DNA of 64,000 nucleotides, taken from assembly GCA_002104945.1 (NCBI GenBank), contig MCFH01000076.1, positions 124,001-188,000 on the forward strand, in the 5' to 3' direction. The notes beneath the pieces were generated by a model. The model searched no databases and was not told the origin of the DNA. It saw only the letters and a program-made list of their open reading frames with translations. A program made the position numbers and the translations under genes. Shown here piece after piece: positions 46,914 to 60,700 of this stretch; within the stretch, counting starts at the first letter, position 1, and each line of letters begins with the position of its first letter. This DNA is from Piromyces finnis finn. Lineage: Eukaryota > Fungi > Neocallimastigomycota.

Positions 46914-48088
46914 ACTATCAAAACAATTAAATGAAAGAGTATAATATTTCAATATATTGAAATATTATCTGAAATTATAATCATTAATAATTCTAAATTT
47001 TTTTAATTCAACTAAATGAGAATAAAAGATATTTAATATTTAAAGATTTCCTTTTTTTTTATAAAAAAGGACCATTATAATTTCTTATGATGAAATTTCA
47101 ACTATTAAGTATTAATAAATACCATGATCATTTATGGAAAGAAAGAAAATTAAAACACAGCTAAAATGAAAAAAATTAATAATTAAAAAAAAAAAAATAT
47201 AATAATATAAAAAAAGAAGAGTATATATATAAAAAAATTTAAATATAGAATAAAACACACACAATAATCTTTTTTTTTTTTTATTAAAAAAAAATAAAAG
47301 ATAAATAATAATTATTGAAATAAACATTAATTTATTAAAAAAATAAAATTAAAATTAAAAATAGTTTAAATAACTTATTCTTTTTTAAAAATAAAATTAT
47401 TTAGTAAACTTTTTTTTTTTCTTTTTATACTTTGAGAAAGATTAAAAAGAAAAGAAAAAAAAGTTTAATACAATTCTATATATTATTATCGTATGAAAAA
47501 ACCTTTTATTTTCCTTACACTTAATCAAAAGAAAGGAATTTAAAAAGTGGTAGCGTCAAACCAGTATTATAATAAATAACAACAAAAAATCAATTTAAAT
47601 AAAAAAATAAATAATCATATTTTTTTTTATAAAACATAGTTAAAAAAAGTGTCAAAAAAAAAGTGAGTGTTGGTATCTTTATATAAAAATATTAATATAG
47701 GATAAATTTAATTATTTTTTTTAATACATTTTTTTTTATAAATAAAATGAAATGGGATAAAAGTAATAAATCCAATGATGAAAAAAAAAAATTTTTTTTT
47801 TAACATTATATTGGTACTTTTGGTAAAAAAAAAAAAAGAATAAAAAGAATAGCACATCTCCTCCTATATCTTATGATGATGAGATATTGATAATGTTAAT
47901 ATATTAATACTACGAATAAATAGACTTTAATTCATAACAACATTATTAATAAAAACTCTTTTTTTTTTTTTATAAAGATTTACAGTTTTAACTATTTCAT
48001 CGTAATCATAAATTAATAGTAAAAAAAATATATATATATATATATTTTTTTTCTATTGGCCTAGGAAGAGGAAGGCGAAATACTTTTG

Positions 48089-48122
<34 letters not shown>

Positions 48123-48496
48123 AAAGTTTAATGAAAAAACAATATTTAAAAGGATAAAAATTAAAGTTTGATGTAAAACAATTATTCAAATTATTGATAT
48201 TATGATATTATTCATTGAACCAATTATTGTTTGTGAAATAAATTAAAAAAAAATTAAAATAAAAAATTTATCATGTAAAAAAAGCATAAAAATATATTAT
48301 TATTTTTTTTTTTAATTGGTAACCATTTTACTTTTACATTTTTACATTTTTTCATCAGCCATAAAATATTACTATATATTTGTCATAGTTTGTACGTAAA
48401 ATAAAAGAATATTTAAATTAATACAAAAAAGTAAAAAGAAAAAAAAAAAGGCGATTATAAAATTCTAATAAAACACCGAAATAGTTTTAGAGGAAA

Positions 48497-48536
<40 letters not shown>

Positions 48537-48755
48537 ATTATGAATTACCTAGTAATGAAAAATAAACTTTTTTTTTTTTTTACTTTAAAAGTTTTTAGAT
48601 TTTCACTATAAAATTAAAAAAAAAAAAAACATACACCTTAAATTTTTATTTTTTTTTTTATATTTTATTTTTATTATTCGTTTTTTTTTTTTTATTTTTT
48701 TATTTTTGTTTATCTATACCTTTTTTAATTTAATCTATCTATTCTTTTCTTTTTC

Positions 48756-51607
48756 TTATTTATTCATTAAATGTTCATTTGACTTATTTTTATAATAATA
48801 ATCTTCTTCCTCATTTTGTTCTGTTAACATTTTTAGACTTTGATTAAAGAAATAATTATTTGGATCATTATCAATTGCTTCTAGATACCCATATTGTTGT
48901 TCTTTATTATTAACGGTTGTGGCAGAATTAGTATAATTTGTTTTATTGTATTGATTAAGCGTATGATGATGCTGTTGTTGTTGATGTTGATGATAATTAT
49001 AATTATTAATATAATTATTGTAGTTATTGATGTAATTATTAATGTAGTTATTAATATTTTCATTTTGATAATATTTATTATTTGAATTCGTGGTATTAAA
49101 GGAGGAGTTATACCAATTATTATTTTTATTTCCAAAAAAGATTGATTTTCTTTTCTTTTCTTTTTTCAATGGAATAAAGTCAACAAGATTCACCGTGATA
49201 TTAAAGTAATCATTGGTTACACTATTTCCGTTAAAGGATCCATTTTCTATAGGATGCTTGAGGATATATATAAGACGTGATCCAACTAAAAGATAATTGT
49301 AATACAATATACCCAATAAATATAAATTTTGAGTAATAAAATAAATGACGGCTGTATTCATTTGGAAGGATCCAATAAATGAAAATGAATATTCGTAAAG
49401 AAGGGATACAAATAAAAATAAAACAATAAATAGTATAAATTTAACTTCACCAACTCTTCTCGATACCCTTATAGTTTTAATCGTCATAACAATCATACAT
49501 ATAAACTATAAAATATTTATAATAGTTATATTAAAAAGCGGTCCACAATTTATAATATTTAAAATCGTGTAATATTATAATTATAATATTTAAAAAAAAG
49601 TGTTATATAAATGTATTATGAAAAAGTTAGTACTAAATAGAATTAATTATAAATGTTATAAGGTAGAGATATTACCATAAATACACTATAAACAGTTCCG
49701 TAAAACAAATAGAGAAATATTTGTTCATAATAGCACATTGAAATACGTTGTTTAAAAAAAACGCCAAAGGTTCCAATTCCAAAATTATCATTTCGTGTTA
49801 AAAAAATGATGGCAAAAAGACTTAAAAATAAAATAATTAGTATGTTTTTTAATAAACGTTTATCATTCACTTTTTTTCCGTAGTTAACTTCAGAAATATT
49901 GGTATAGATATAATAGATTCTGTAAATAATTGCAATAATTGGTAGATAACTTAAATTTATACCCAAAAATTTATAAATATAGGAACAACGACATAAAAAT
50001 CTTGTTTGGCTATATTTATAGGTAAACATAAAAGATAAACTGATAATAGTTCCCAAAAGATTTAAAGAGGCTAAATAAGGTGAAATAACTTTTAGATAGG
50101 GATGTTTTCTATTTTTTAAAACCAAAAATATGGTGATAAAAAATAATATTATAATGAAAATATTGATATATTCATAAAATATATAGAAAATATTATCATC
50201 ATTGGTTTTAATTTTTTCAATATCTAAGATATTCTTTATAATATCGATAAATTCAACACTACTATTTCTCTTTAAACCATCACTTAAATAGGAAGGAAGA
50301 AATAGTCTTGTCTCCATATAACTCGCACTATATTGACTTTTTATTAAAAAGGTATTTATATTAATAGGCTTAATTTTTCTAATGATGGCACATAATTCTG
50401 GATTTTTATTACAATAAGAAATAACATCATTGTTATTAATTTCTTTTTTTATTTTAAATGTTGGTATAGTACCGAAATTATCTGCTCGATAGTGTTGCAT
50501 TTCTGGTGATGCTAGTTCCAGTGCTAAGGATACAAGATCCTCCATAGGTTTTTTACTATGGTTATTAATTACAAGATATTTTTTTTGTAAAGTACTATAA
50601 TTATTTCGTAATAGGTTCGGTAAAACAGAAATATTAGGATTTTCTTTTAAAGATTTATAGTACGATGCCTTTCCTTTAAATAAAAATTTTTCATTATTTA
50701 TAAAGGTCTGATAAGCTTGATTTATATTGGTATCTAGAGTATTATTAATATTTTCTCCTGTATATTTTAGTACATAATCTCTAAAGGAATGAAATGTTGC
50801 ATTTGCTTTATCACTAAAAAATATTTTAAAAAACTCTGAATTATCCTTTGATGTTTGTAAGTTATATTGGGAACAAAGATACTCTGCAAAAAAACTCATT
50901 AATTCATCATTATTCTTTAACCCTATACTTAGTAATCCTTCTTGAGTACTATTTAAGTTATTAGTTTCATTGTTTATTAAATCTACCATATTATTTATGA
51001 ATATATCTTTTAAATCGACATGATCCTTATGATAATATAGCAAGTCATAATCAACTTCATAGGGAAGACCATATAAATGAGAAGTATTATCTTTTTCATT
51101 CTGTCCATCCTTTAATATATCTTCATCGTGATGATTTAGTTGTTCTTTTGTGACACTATGTTTATTATAATCTTCATAATATTCAGTTAATTCTCTTATA
51201 CGATATACTCCATTTAAAACGACATTTGTTGCATAAGAAACGTCACTATAAAGAAATCCATTATCTACTATTACCATATCATACTTTTCAGATTTTAAAG
51301 CAGTAATAGTACAATTTGTTAGTTTTGCATATTCATAATCATATAATTTTACAAAAGTAAAATTTTTGAATTCATTTGAAATAACTATTCCATCATTAGG
51401 ATCAGGCTCACAGTATAAAAAATTTACTTTATTATTTACTTTTTTCAATGACAAATATTGATTTATTTGTTGATTATAATTTTCTAAATAGGTATTTGAA
51501 TCTTGAATATCCGGTCTATTTATTAAGATATTAATAACGTTTGATTGAGCATTTATTTTAATAAAACAAAATATTGAAAAAAGCAATATATTTATTATGA
51601 ATGACAT
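48756..51607 (-). CDS. Class C-like 7TM receptor with an N-terminal sugar/solute-binding-protein (SBP type II)-like ectodomain; exons 51607-49676 and 49505-48756, about 893 aa
   Basis: Signal peptide; SBP-like motifs YDMVIVD, LYGLPYEVDYDLLYYHKD, YLVINNHSK, GTIPT; TM region with KNRKHPYLKVISP..., CRCSYIYKFLG..., IYRIYYIY, VGEVKF. Phase-0 GT-AG intron VFM^FICM joins the two track ORFs; Asn/Gln/His-rich tail. Confidence 0.8.
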
Positions 51608-53457
51608 TTTTCTTTTTATTATATATTATGCGTAAAATTAAATTATTAGTTTTTATTGGTATTAGTAATATTACGAATTATTATTATTATTTTTTCTTTT
51701 CTTATATTAAATTATTTTCATAAATAGATTTCATGTATTAAATAATTGTTTTATAAGTGGTATAATATTTTATAATATTTTATAATATTTTCAATAATGT
51801 TAATTGTAATATTTAATTTATTTGCTATTTATTTTTATTTGGTTGAAATAAAATTAGAATTGGCTAAACATTGTAATAATAGTATGTAGATTATATAAAA
51901 CTGAATAAATAATTATACTGAATAGATTATAATATTTTTATAATATGATTTAGATTATTTGTTAATTTATGCTTTGATTATAATTTATTGAAATACATAA
52001 ATATTATATATATGAAAGTAGGGTTATAATAAAATATATTAAATATGATCTAATATAAATATATATATAGATATTATGATTTTTTTATTTTTTATTTTGT
52101 ACTTTTTTTTTTTTTTAAGGAAAAAAAAAAATTCTTTTAAAGGTAAAAATAATGGGATTTTATGGTAATAAAAAATTTGGGTGTAGAAAATTCTTCTTTA
52201 TCCCTAAATTAAATTGAAGTAGATCTTTTTAATAATAAATTTGTGTAAATCTTTTTTATTATAAAATATAGTTTATATTTAATCCTAATACTTACTATTT
52301 TTTATTTTTTTATTCTTTTCATAAAAGAGGATAAAAATGGTGAATATTAAAAAATAAACAACCAATTAAAAATTTTGTCAACAAAATGTATTTTATTAAA
52401 GATAAACTTTTTATTAAAAAATTGGGTGATAGAATCGAAATAGATTTTATTATAAATTTTTATATATTATAGTAAAAGAATAGAGTATATCGATGATAAG
52501 ATCAATAAAATATTTAAAATACAATATAATAAAATGGTATATTTTGTATTTTTTTATACCTTTAATATTATATGGATATATAGCTTTGATCTTATCAATC
52601 TATGGAAATATTCTAATGATAACAATAATTTATTCATAAATTTTAAATGGCTTATAAAAAAATATATTAAATCCTAAAAACACAAAACCCAATGAAAGAT
52701 AAAGATGAAGAATTTATGTATATATTTTTGGGTCATACTATTTATTATTAAAATAATTAATATTATTTATAATTATTCAACATTCAACCCTTAAATTGAT
52801 TTTATTTTTAGTTCATTGTACTTTTAATAATTAATCCAACATAAACTTTTTATTTTTTTAAATTAAAGATCATATTTCCTTTCTATCTTTCTTTTTTCCT
52901 TTTTTATATTAATTTTTTTTTGTTTTTGTGTAACCATAAAATTATTAAAATTAAAATTTTTGAACAAATCATCTTCTTTAAATTAGATATTGTTGATTTT
53001 TTTATTAAGAGTTGTTTAATTTAGGTTTATAATTATGTCAACTTTATTAATATATTTTATGATAAAGAACTACTTGCGTTACATTCTTCTCAAACTACAT
53101 GTATTTATACATTTACATTGTGGCTTAAACATATAATCAAATACAATATATACAAATACGTTTTAATACATTTCAATACATTTGAATACATGTGACATAA
53201 CGTTTCACATATTCTAACATTTTTAATGTTTCAGGTGATAATATTAATTTTTTTTATATTTATTTATATTATACTGTATTTTATATGAACAATTAATTTT
53301 CAAAGTTGAATAACAATAGAAAAAGTATTTTTAATAATAAAAATTAATGTTACACATAATATTTTAATTAACTATAATATTAAATTATGCTTTTAATACA
53401 ATTTTAAAATAATTGTATACATTGTATGCATTATATGTCTATAAAGAACAAGAGTTT

Positions 53458-53571
53458 GAAAATATATTGTATGTTTGATATTTGGAATTAGGTATTTATT
53501 ATATAAAAAAACCAGAAAATATATTGTATGCTTGATATTTGGAATTAGGTATTTATTGTATAAAAAAGCCT
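53458..53571. repeat. Near-perfect 57-bp tandem duplication
   Basis: gaaaatatattgtatg(t/c)ttgatatttggaattaggtatttatt(a/g)tataaaaaa occurs twice, starting at 53458 and 53515. Confidence 0.85.
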
Positions 53572-54288
53572 ATGAATTATAATGATTTTATTATAAAAAT
53601 TTTTAAAGTGGATTAATAAAAAAAGTAAATTTATTATTATTATAGTTCATTATTTTTTTAAAACTAATATTTTTAATGTTTTAAATTAAAACTGTATATA
53701 GATGTGGCTGATTATCATATCATTTACTAATCTAGATATTTTAATTCTTTTGGTTTAATAGTAAAAATATAAAAAACAAGAAAAGTGGATAAATTCTATT
53801 TGTGGCTGATACTTAATTAACAACAATATAATAAATTAATTAATTTATTAAATGTTTCCCTAAAAATTGGACTTTTTTGAAATAACTAAATAAATGCAAT
53901 AATCGATGTATTTATTATGATAATAACTTTATATATTTTCGTCTATTATAAAGAATACTTATAAAAAGTAAAAGACTTATATGTATATGGTATAACATTT
54001 ACTTTTTTATTTAATTATTTAAAAAAAAAATAATAGATATGTTACATTTGAAAAAATTTATTTTAAAATTATCTAAAGGTAAATAATTTTTGAAAAATTT
54101 CAATATTACTTTACTTTTCATTTTCTTCCTTTGCTATTTATCATAATAAATAACTAAAAATAATTTACATAGAACAAGATATTTTTTTTAAGTATAACAA
54201 AAAATTTATCTTTTCTAATCCGAGTTTTCGCATAACTGAAAAAAGAAAATTATAAACTTTTTATTTTTTATTTTTTTTTTTTTATCAT

Positions 54289-55956
54289 TTAGAAATATTT
54301 AGTTGGAGTACAAGATTTACTTGGTGGATTTTGGTCACCATCCCATGTAATACAGAATTCATTTTTGATAGCTTCTGCTCTTTGTTCAACCCATTGATAA
54401 ATACCCCAATGAAGACCACCAACACCTTTTTCAAAATTTTCTTGGAAATGATTGAAATAATATATTGGAATACCTGATCTTTTACCAGCATTATATGGAC
54501 GTTCAAAAGAAAAGTCCCATTCCATTTCAGGTTCATAACGTTCTCTGTAAGATTCGACAACACTTCTGAAAGCAACTGGATTAAATATAGTTTGAACAAT
54601 GGCAATAAGCGTATTTTGGAAACGTTTTTGAAGCGCTGGTGAACCAGCAATAAATTTATCAACTAAAGTACGATAATCCGTATCTCTTCCAACAATATGC
54701 CATTGACGATTAAGCATAGTAGTATAAGATTGGGATGGGAAATCATCACCAACACTGTTAATTGGTGCAATTAAACCAACACCCCATGTTTCATCATGGT
54801 CTTGGGTAATGAAATAAAATTTAAAGGTATCCTTTGTAGATTGGTTTGGATCATCGTAAATTGCATAATTACTAGTTGTATGCCAATAACCATCCCAATC
54901 ACCAGTTAAGTATTCCATTGCCATAGCTTTATGGAAAGTATCAATATCAAACCATTGACTTTCAAATGTTTGTAATGCACTTTCATTCTTTGGATTAAGT
55001 TCACTAATAGCTTTACAGAGTGGTAGTAATCTAGAATGACTACCATAAAAATATTGATAATATGTAGCATTATTTGGCTTATATTCAAAATCAGATCCAA
55101 ATTCACAATCAATAGGATAACCAAGTTTTTTTGGTAAATTAATATCACCAGTGGATGGATTACCATAAAATTCATTTTTAATAAAAGATTCACTGAATGC
55201 TTCTTCTTGTAATGTGTAGAAACCAGCTGGCTTCTTGTTAACATAAACACGAACCATAACAGACTTAATACTTGGCATACCAATACTTTCAATGATATGA
55301 CCATAAATAAATTGACGAAGATTAAGTGGATCTTCACCACCATTACGTAACTTTAAAATAGTTCTTCCATTTATACCACCATCATTTAATTCCATTCTTA
55401 TTTGGAATTTTGAGAAATCTCTATTTTTAGCTGTGGCAATAATATTACTAAAGGTTTTTTTGGTATTTTTAAGATAAAAAGTAACATTTTCTATTTGAAC
55501 CTTATCTCTAGTTGGGTTATGGAAAAAATATTCAGTTGTATTACCAGTAAAATGAATAGTTGGAATGTAAGCATCATCAAAAAGGTTAGTCTTACCAACA
55601 CTTCTGTTCCAATTTGGTAGAGTAGATGGATGCTTAAAAGTTTTAAGAGTTTTTAGTGTAACTTTTCTACCAAAAAATTCATGATAAGTAGTGTTTGTTT
55701 TAATAGTATATGTACGATAGAAATCTTCTTTTACACCATCAACGATATAATAGTATTGAAATTCTTTATTTGGCGCATTGGTTAACTTTCCTGCACATAA
55801 AAGTGGATCACTATTATAAGGTTTAATATTATATTTCTTACCACCAACTATTTGAAGCTGTGTTTTATTACCAAATGATATGACCTTAAATAAAACAGTT
55901 CTACTATAAACAACACTTAAAAAAAGTGTTAATGCCAATATAAATTGTTTTACCAT
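54289..55956 (-). CDS. cotH: Secreted CotH-family kinase, 555 aa, intronless
   Basis: Signal peptide; LKLRNGGEDPLNLRQFIY, VRVYVNKKPAGFYTLQEE, DIDTFHKAMAMEYLTGDWDGYW, YFITQDHDETWG, GLHWGIYQWVEQR. These are fungal CotH kinase motifs. Confidence 0.88.
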   Translation of the reverse strand: MVKQFILALTLFLSVVYSRTVLFKVISFGNKTQLQIVGGKKYNIKPYNSDPLLCAGKLTNAPNKEFQYYYIVDGVKEDFYRTYTIKTNTTYHEFFGRKVTLKTLKTFKHPSTLPNWNRSVGKTNLFDDAYIPTIHFTGNTTEYFFHNPTRDKVQIENVTFYLKNTKKTFSNIIATAKNRDFSKFQIRMELNDGGINGRTILKLRNGGEDPLNLRQFIYGHIIESIGMPSIKSVMVRVYVNKKPAGFYTLQEEAFSESFIKNEFYGNPSTGDINLPKKLGYPIDCEFGSDFEYKPNNATYYQYFYGSHSRLLPLCKAISELNPKNESALQTFESQWFDIDTFHKAMAMEYLTGDWDGYWHTTSNYAIYDDPNQSTKDTFKFYFITQDHDETWGVGLIAPINSVGDDFPSQSYTTMLNRQWHIVGRDTDYRTLVDKFIAGSPALQKRFQNTLIAIVQTIFNPVAFRSVVESYRERYEPEMEWDFSFERPYNAGKRSGIPIYYFNHFQENFEKGVGGLHWGIYQWVEQRAEAIKNEFCITWDGDQNPPSKSCTPTKYF

Positions 55957-57702
55957 GATACGGCGGATATTGGTTTATATTTTATTTATTTTTTCTATTT
56001 TTCTGTTTATTTACAAGTTTACTAATTTATTTTAATTATATTTTGTATTAAAACGAATGTCTCTAACTTAAAGTGTCATTGAAATGTTTCTACTTTAAAT
56101 TTCAAATCTAATTTTTTTTTATTTTTTTTTTTTATTGAATTATATTAAAAATTTTTAGAAATTTCGTTACTTTTATATAGAACGATATATTCCATATTTA
56201 GTTTTAAATTTATTTAATGTAGATAATATATATATAATATATATTAGGATATATTAATTGATAAAAATTTTTTAAAATTTACTATGAAATAAAATTTTAA
56301 AATAAAAATTAATATTGGATGATATATATTTAAATAAAATTATATATATGAAATTTTTATTTTATTTATAATTATCATATTATATTTATAAATAATATAT
56401 AAAATTTTTAATTAAACCATTTTTGATAGGTAAATGAAAGAACAAAATTGAATAATTTAATATAATTAAAATTATTGGTAAAGAGAAAAAAAAGGAAAAC
56501 GGAAAAATGGAAAACGGCATAAAAGAAATAAAAAATTAGATCTATAGATTTTGTCTATAGGAAGGAGGCGTATTTCATAAATTCTTTCATGAATTTTTTT
56601 CTTTAAAGATAAACCTTTGAACTTTTTTATTATTATTATTAATTAATTAATGCAGAAAGAAAAAAAAAGTTATTATTAAATATATAAAGTATATATATAA
56701 AGTTATCATACATACATTATATATATACTTTTTTTTCAATTAAATATTTTTTTTTAAAAAAAAAAAAAAAGATTAATTTTTTAGTATGTCAATATTTCAT
56801 TGGTGTATAATACATTTTTTATAAATTTTACAATTATATAAATTCTTTTTAATTATACCATTTTATTAATAAAAAATAAAAATATATTTATTACTATTTA
56901 TTTATTTATTTATAAGACATTTCTAATAATATAAAGAAAAGAGAGTGTTGGTTTAATGCTGCTGATATATTTTATTAAATAATCTCATTTTTAAATGTAA
57001 CTTTTAATACGTATTTTATAAGCACCATTGATTATTTTTATTAGATGAAAAAAAAAAATAATAATTTTCAAACATCAATTTCTTTAAAAAAAAAAATTCA
57101 AAATTAATTAAATGAAATTAATAAAAAAAAATTTTTTTTTTTATTTTTTTTAACAACCTTATGAATAGAGTTTTTATATATATATACATACAGTGTTTAG
57201 AAACTATCTTAAGGTTTTTTTTTTTGTAACATTCCATAAAAAGTACCCTACTTTAACTATTTCTTATAAGAAATTAAGAAATAAAAAATACCAATAAGTT
57301 TTTTTTTTACAATTAAAAGAAAGACTTAAACTTTAATATTTGGATATTCAAATAAATTTTTTTTTTTTTTTTTTTTTTTTTTGCTTTTTATTATTATTAT
57401 TGTTATTGTTAAATTATGATTTAAACTTTTATTTTTAATTTAAAAAAAATTATATTAATAGAATAGAAATATGTTTTTTTTTGTTTTTTTTTGTTTTTTT
57501 AACTATATTGGCCTAATTTTTTATATTCATATGTATTGTTTTTTTTTTTAATTTTTCTTTTTTTTTTTTTTTAAAAAAATAGATTTTTGAAATTAAAAAA
57601 AAAAAAGATATATAATAAAATAAAATATATATATCCATTAGAAATATTTTTTTAAAACATATAGTTATAGAATGGGTTGAACGAAGGAAAATAATAAAAT
57701 GC

Positions 57703-60700
57703 TTAAATAGTTTCCCAACCACCATAGTCGACAATATTTTCAAGACGTTGAGAAATAAAGGATGGAATGGTTTTATTTAACCACATTTTTCTTATTTCTT
57801 CATATCTTCTTGGTGAAAGAAATTGTGGTTTACCACGAATATACGATTCATCAGGTTCACCATGAACATCAAGATAAGGTGCATTAAGGAAGGTACCATT
57901 GGTTCCACAATTAATATAAACCATACATTTCTTAATTAACATATACATACCAATACTTTTACCACAAGTTTGAGAATGAAGATAACATTCTCCAAGATCA
58001 TTCTTATTACAACAGAAACTTTGGAAACATACCATTTCACCGCAAAGTAAACAAATCGTTTGGACGTAAGGAACACTATTACATCTTTTACATTTACGAT
58101 GGGAACATTCTTCAATAAGATCACTAATTCTATTAGTAAGTGGATACATTTCTATGATCGATGGGGAATTTAATTTAATCTTGTAGGCATCGAATTGATT
58201 AGCATTAACAATTCTATTGTTTGTTTTTCCTGATGTGGTATCAGAAGAAGAGGTGTTGTTTTGAATAGCTTCGGGTTTTGGTTGAGTACTACCACTTCCA
58301 TTGGCTTCTGATTCATTGGTAGTAACGACAGGTTCTAACATTAATCCATTGTCATTAGCAACAGCAATGTCATTATTTGATGAAGTGGCATCTTCCATTG
58401 TGGATATATGCTCCATTCCATCAGATTTTCTTTCTCTCTTCTTTTGAATACTGGACTTTGAACGATTGGCAAGTTGAATTGGCGCTTCAAATGGATTCAT
58501 CTTAATTCTTTCACACCATTGATCACACCAGTGTTTAATGATAATCTTCATTTCTTCGTTATCATTAATAAATTGACATACTTCTGAAAGAGAAGATGGT
58601 AGGTTTAAGAATTTTAAGTTACGATCATATTCATTTAATTCTTGATCAACTTCTACAGCTTCTGGAGTAACAAAGAAACGAGAATAAATTAAGAGAACAG
58701 CTTGACGAAGGAATGGCTTAGTGAAAATCTTTAAGACATAGCTTAATGTTTCTTCGGTAAGATTGATCTTACAATGCTTCTTAATATCAGGATGAACGTG
58801 AAGAATATCTAAAATGGTATAGAGTAAGCTACTAATTGGTTTACTTTCATTTTGGTCATCCATGATATTATCATTTTCAGTAATGGATACTGGTGAACCA
58901 GTCATAACAGCATCAATTTCTTTTTCCTTTCCTTTATCTAACTTCACAGCACCAGAATGGAGATTCTTGATAAGATTCTTAATCTTTGGATGAATTGGCC
59001 ATTGGTTTTCCATAACACCAACACTTTCAGCAATTGCTAATAAACATTTGACAAGTTCCATAGTATAGAAAAGCATAGTCCAATTAGAAATGTCACTATC
59101 CTTTGGTGTCATAAAGAAAGTACTTGAAACAAATAAAGCAAAAGTATCCTCTTCAATTGGATAAAGTAATTCTTTCTTTTCACATTTAATTTCAATTTCT
59201 TTAGTTTTTGGTTTTGAACCGAAACTATATAAATAGTCATTATCAAAATATTCGTCACCTTGGTTAATAAGAATACTATCTTCGTCATCATCGTCATCTT
59301 CAAAGAAATCCTCATCCATTAAATAGTCTTCTCCTTCATCATCATCATCATCGTCATTGAGTTGTCCCATATTAAGATATCTAAAGTTTTCTTCATCTTC
59401 TTCATTCATTTCTTCAATTAAATTTGCTTCAATTGAATTTAATTCAACATTACCTTCATTAGTGTTTTGGTTAGCAGCTACATTTGCTGTTGTACTGGTA
59501 TTGGCATTGTTATTATTTTCACCATTTTCATTTTCTTCTTCATCATCATCATCATCATCATTTGCTGAGAAATATTCACTTTCATCACTTGATGAATTTT
59601 CATTTAATCCATCTAATTCCATTGAACTAGTTGAACTAACTAGTTTTTTACCAAATATCATTTGACCTAATTTAATGGCTCTCTTAAAATGCTTTTCTTT
59701 AATATCTTCATTTTGTATCTTGATAGCAGTGTATGTAAGAATGATTTCATTCATAATACGAAGAAGATTTAAAATCTTTGGATTAATGTGTTCAATTAAA
59801 CCAATGAATGGATAGGCAATTGTAGATTCAGATGATGAATCTTGCTTTACACCACGCATCATAACTTCTACTGTTTGAATTGTGTATTTAAATGTTTCGT
59901 GTAAAAGATCAGTAAGAAGCGTTTTATCATCAATACTCTTAACCTTTTCATGTAATAATTCTGTTTTAATGTACTTCAAAGTTTTTATAATTTTACTTTC
60001 GCAAAGATCTTTCATATAGTTAGAATCAACAAAGGATTTTAATTCAAAGAATCCCTTGCCTTGTTCTGGTTCTTTATCTTTTTCATGAACATTTTCTTCT
60101 TGATCAACCTCTTGCTTTTCTAATGATTTTTTATATTCTCCATTAACTTTTTCAATGTAATTTTGAATTGCTTTTGTTTCGTCTGTCAAGGTTTCATTAT
60201 TTATTTCTAATAACCATTTAGAAAAGTTGGAAATCTCTTGATCACCTTCTTGACTTTCGAAATTACGAATTGTATAGTGCTTATCTTTCCAAACAACTGG
60301 TAATAATATATTACAAATATTCTTACATAATGGACATAAGAATTCATTATGCTTAATATTTACAGAGTAGTTTCTTCTTGGATTACTTTCTTGGTCTCTA
60401 GAAATTGTATCCATATACTTTTCTAAACACTTTGAATGCATCATATGACCACAAGTGGAAACATAAATACCTGATTGAGAATGAACTGGGTTTACTGATG
60501 GTAAAACAGAAATAGCCTTTGATTCTTCAACAGTATTACCATTTGAACGTTCTTGTTCTTGATCAAAAGAGAAATTCATTTGAAGGTTTTCGTAGACATC
60601 ATTACTATTATTAAATTTAACTTGACGAACATGACATGATGTTTGAGCAAAACCTAACATACCAATAAGATTATCATTACATTCATCACTTTCACGACAC

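Noticed and set aside
41661-53571. CRISPR-like arrays (60-bp, 30-bp and 57-bp repeats)
   Set aside because: The repeats are head-to-tail with no unique spacers, two of the three are in-frame coding, the context is eukaryotic, and there are no cas genes.
48062-56570. Similar purine-rich motifs TAGGAAG(A)GGA(A)GGCG at about 48062 and 56558
   Set aside because: Only two loose copies in different gene contexts; not distinguishable from chance by eye.
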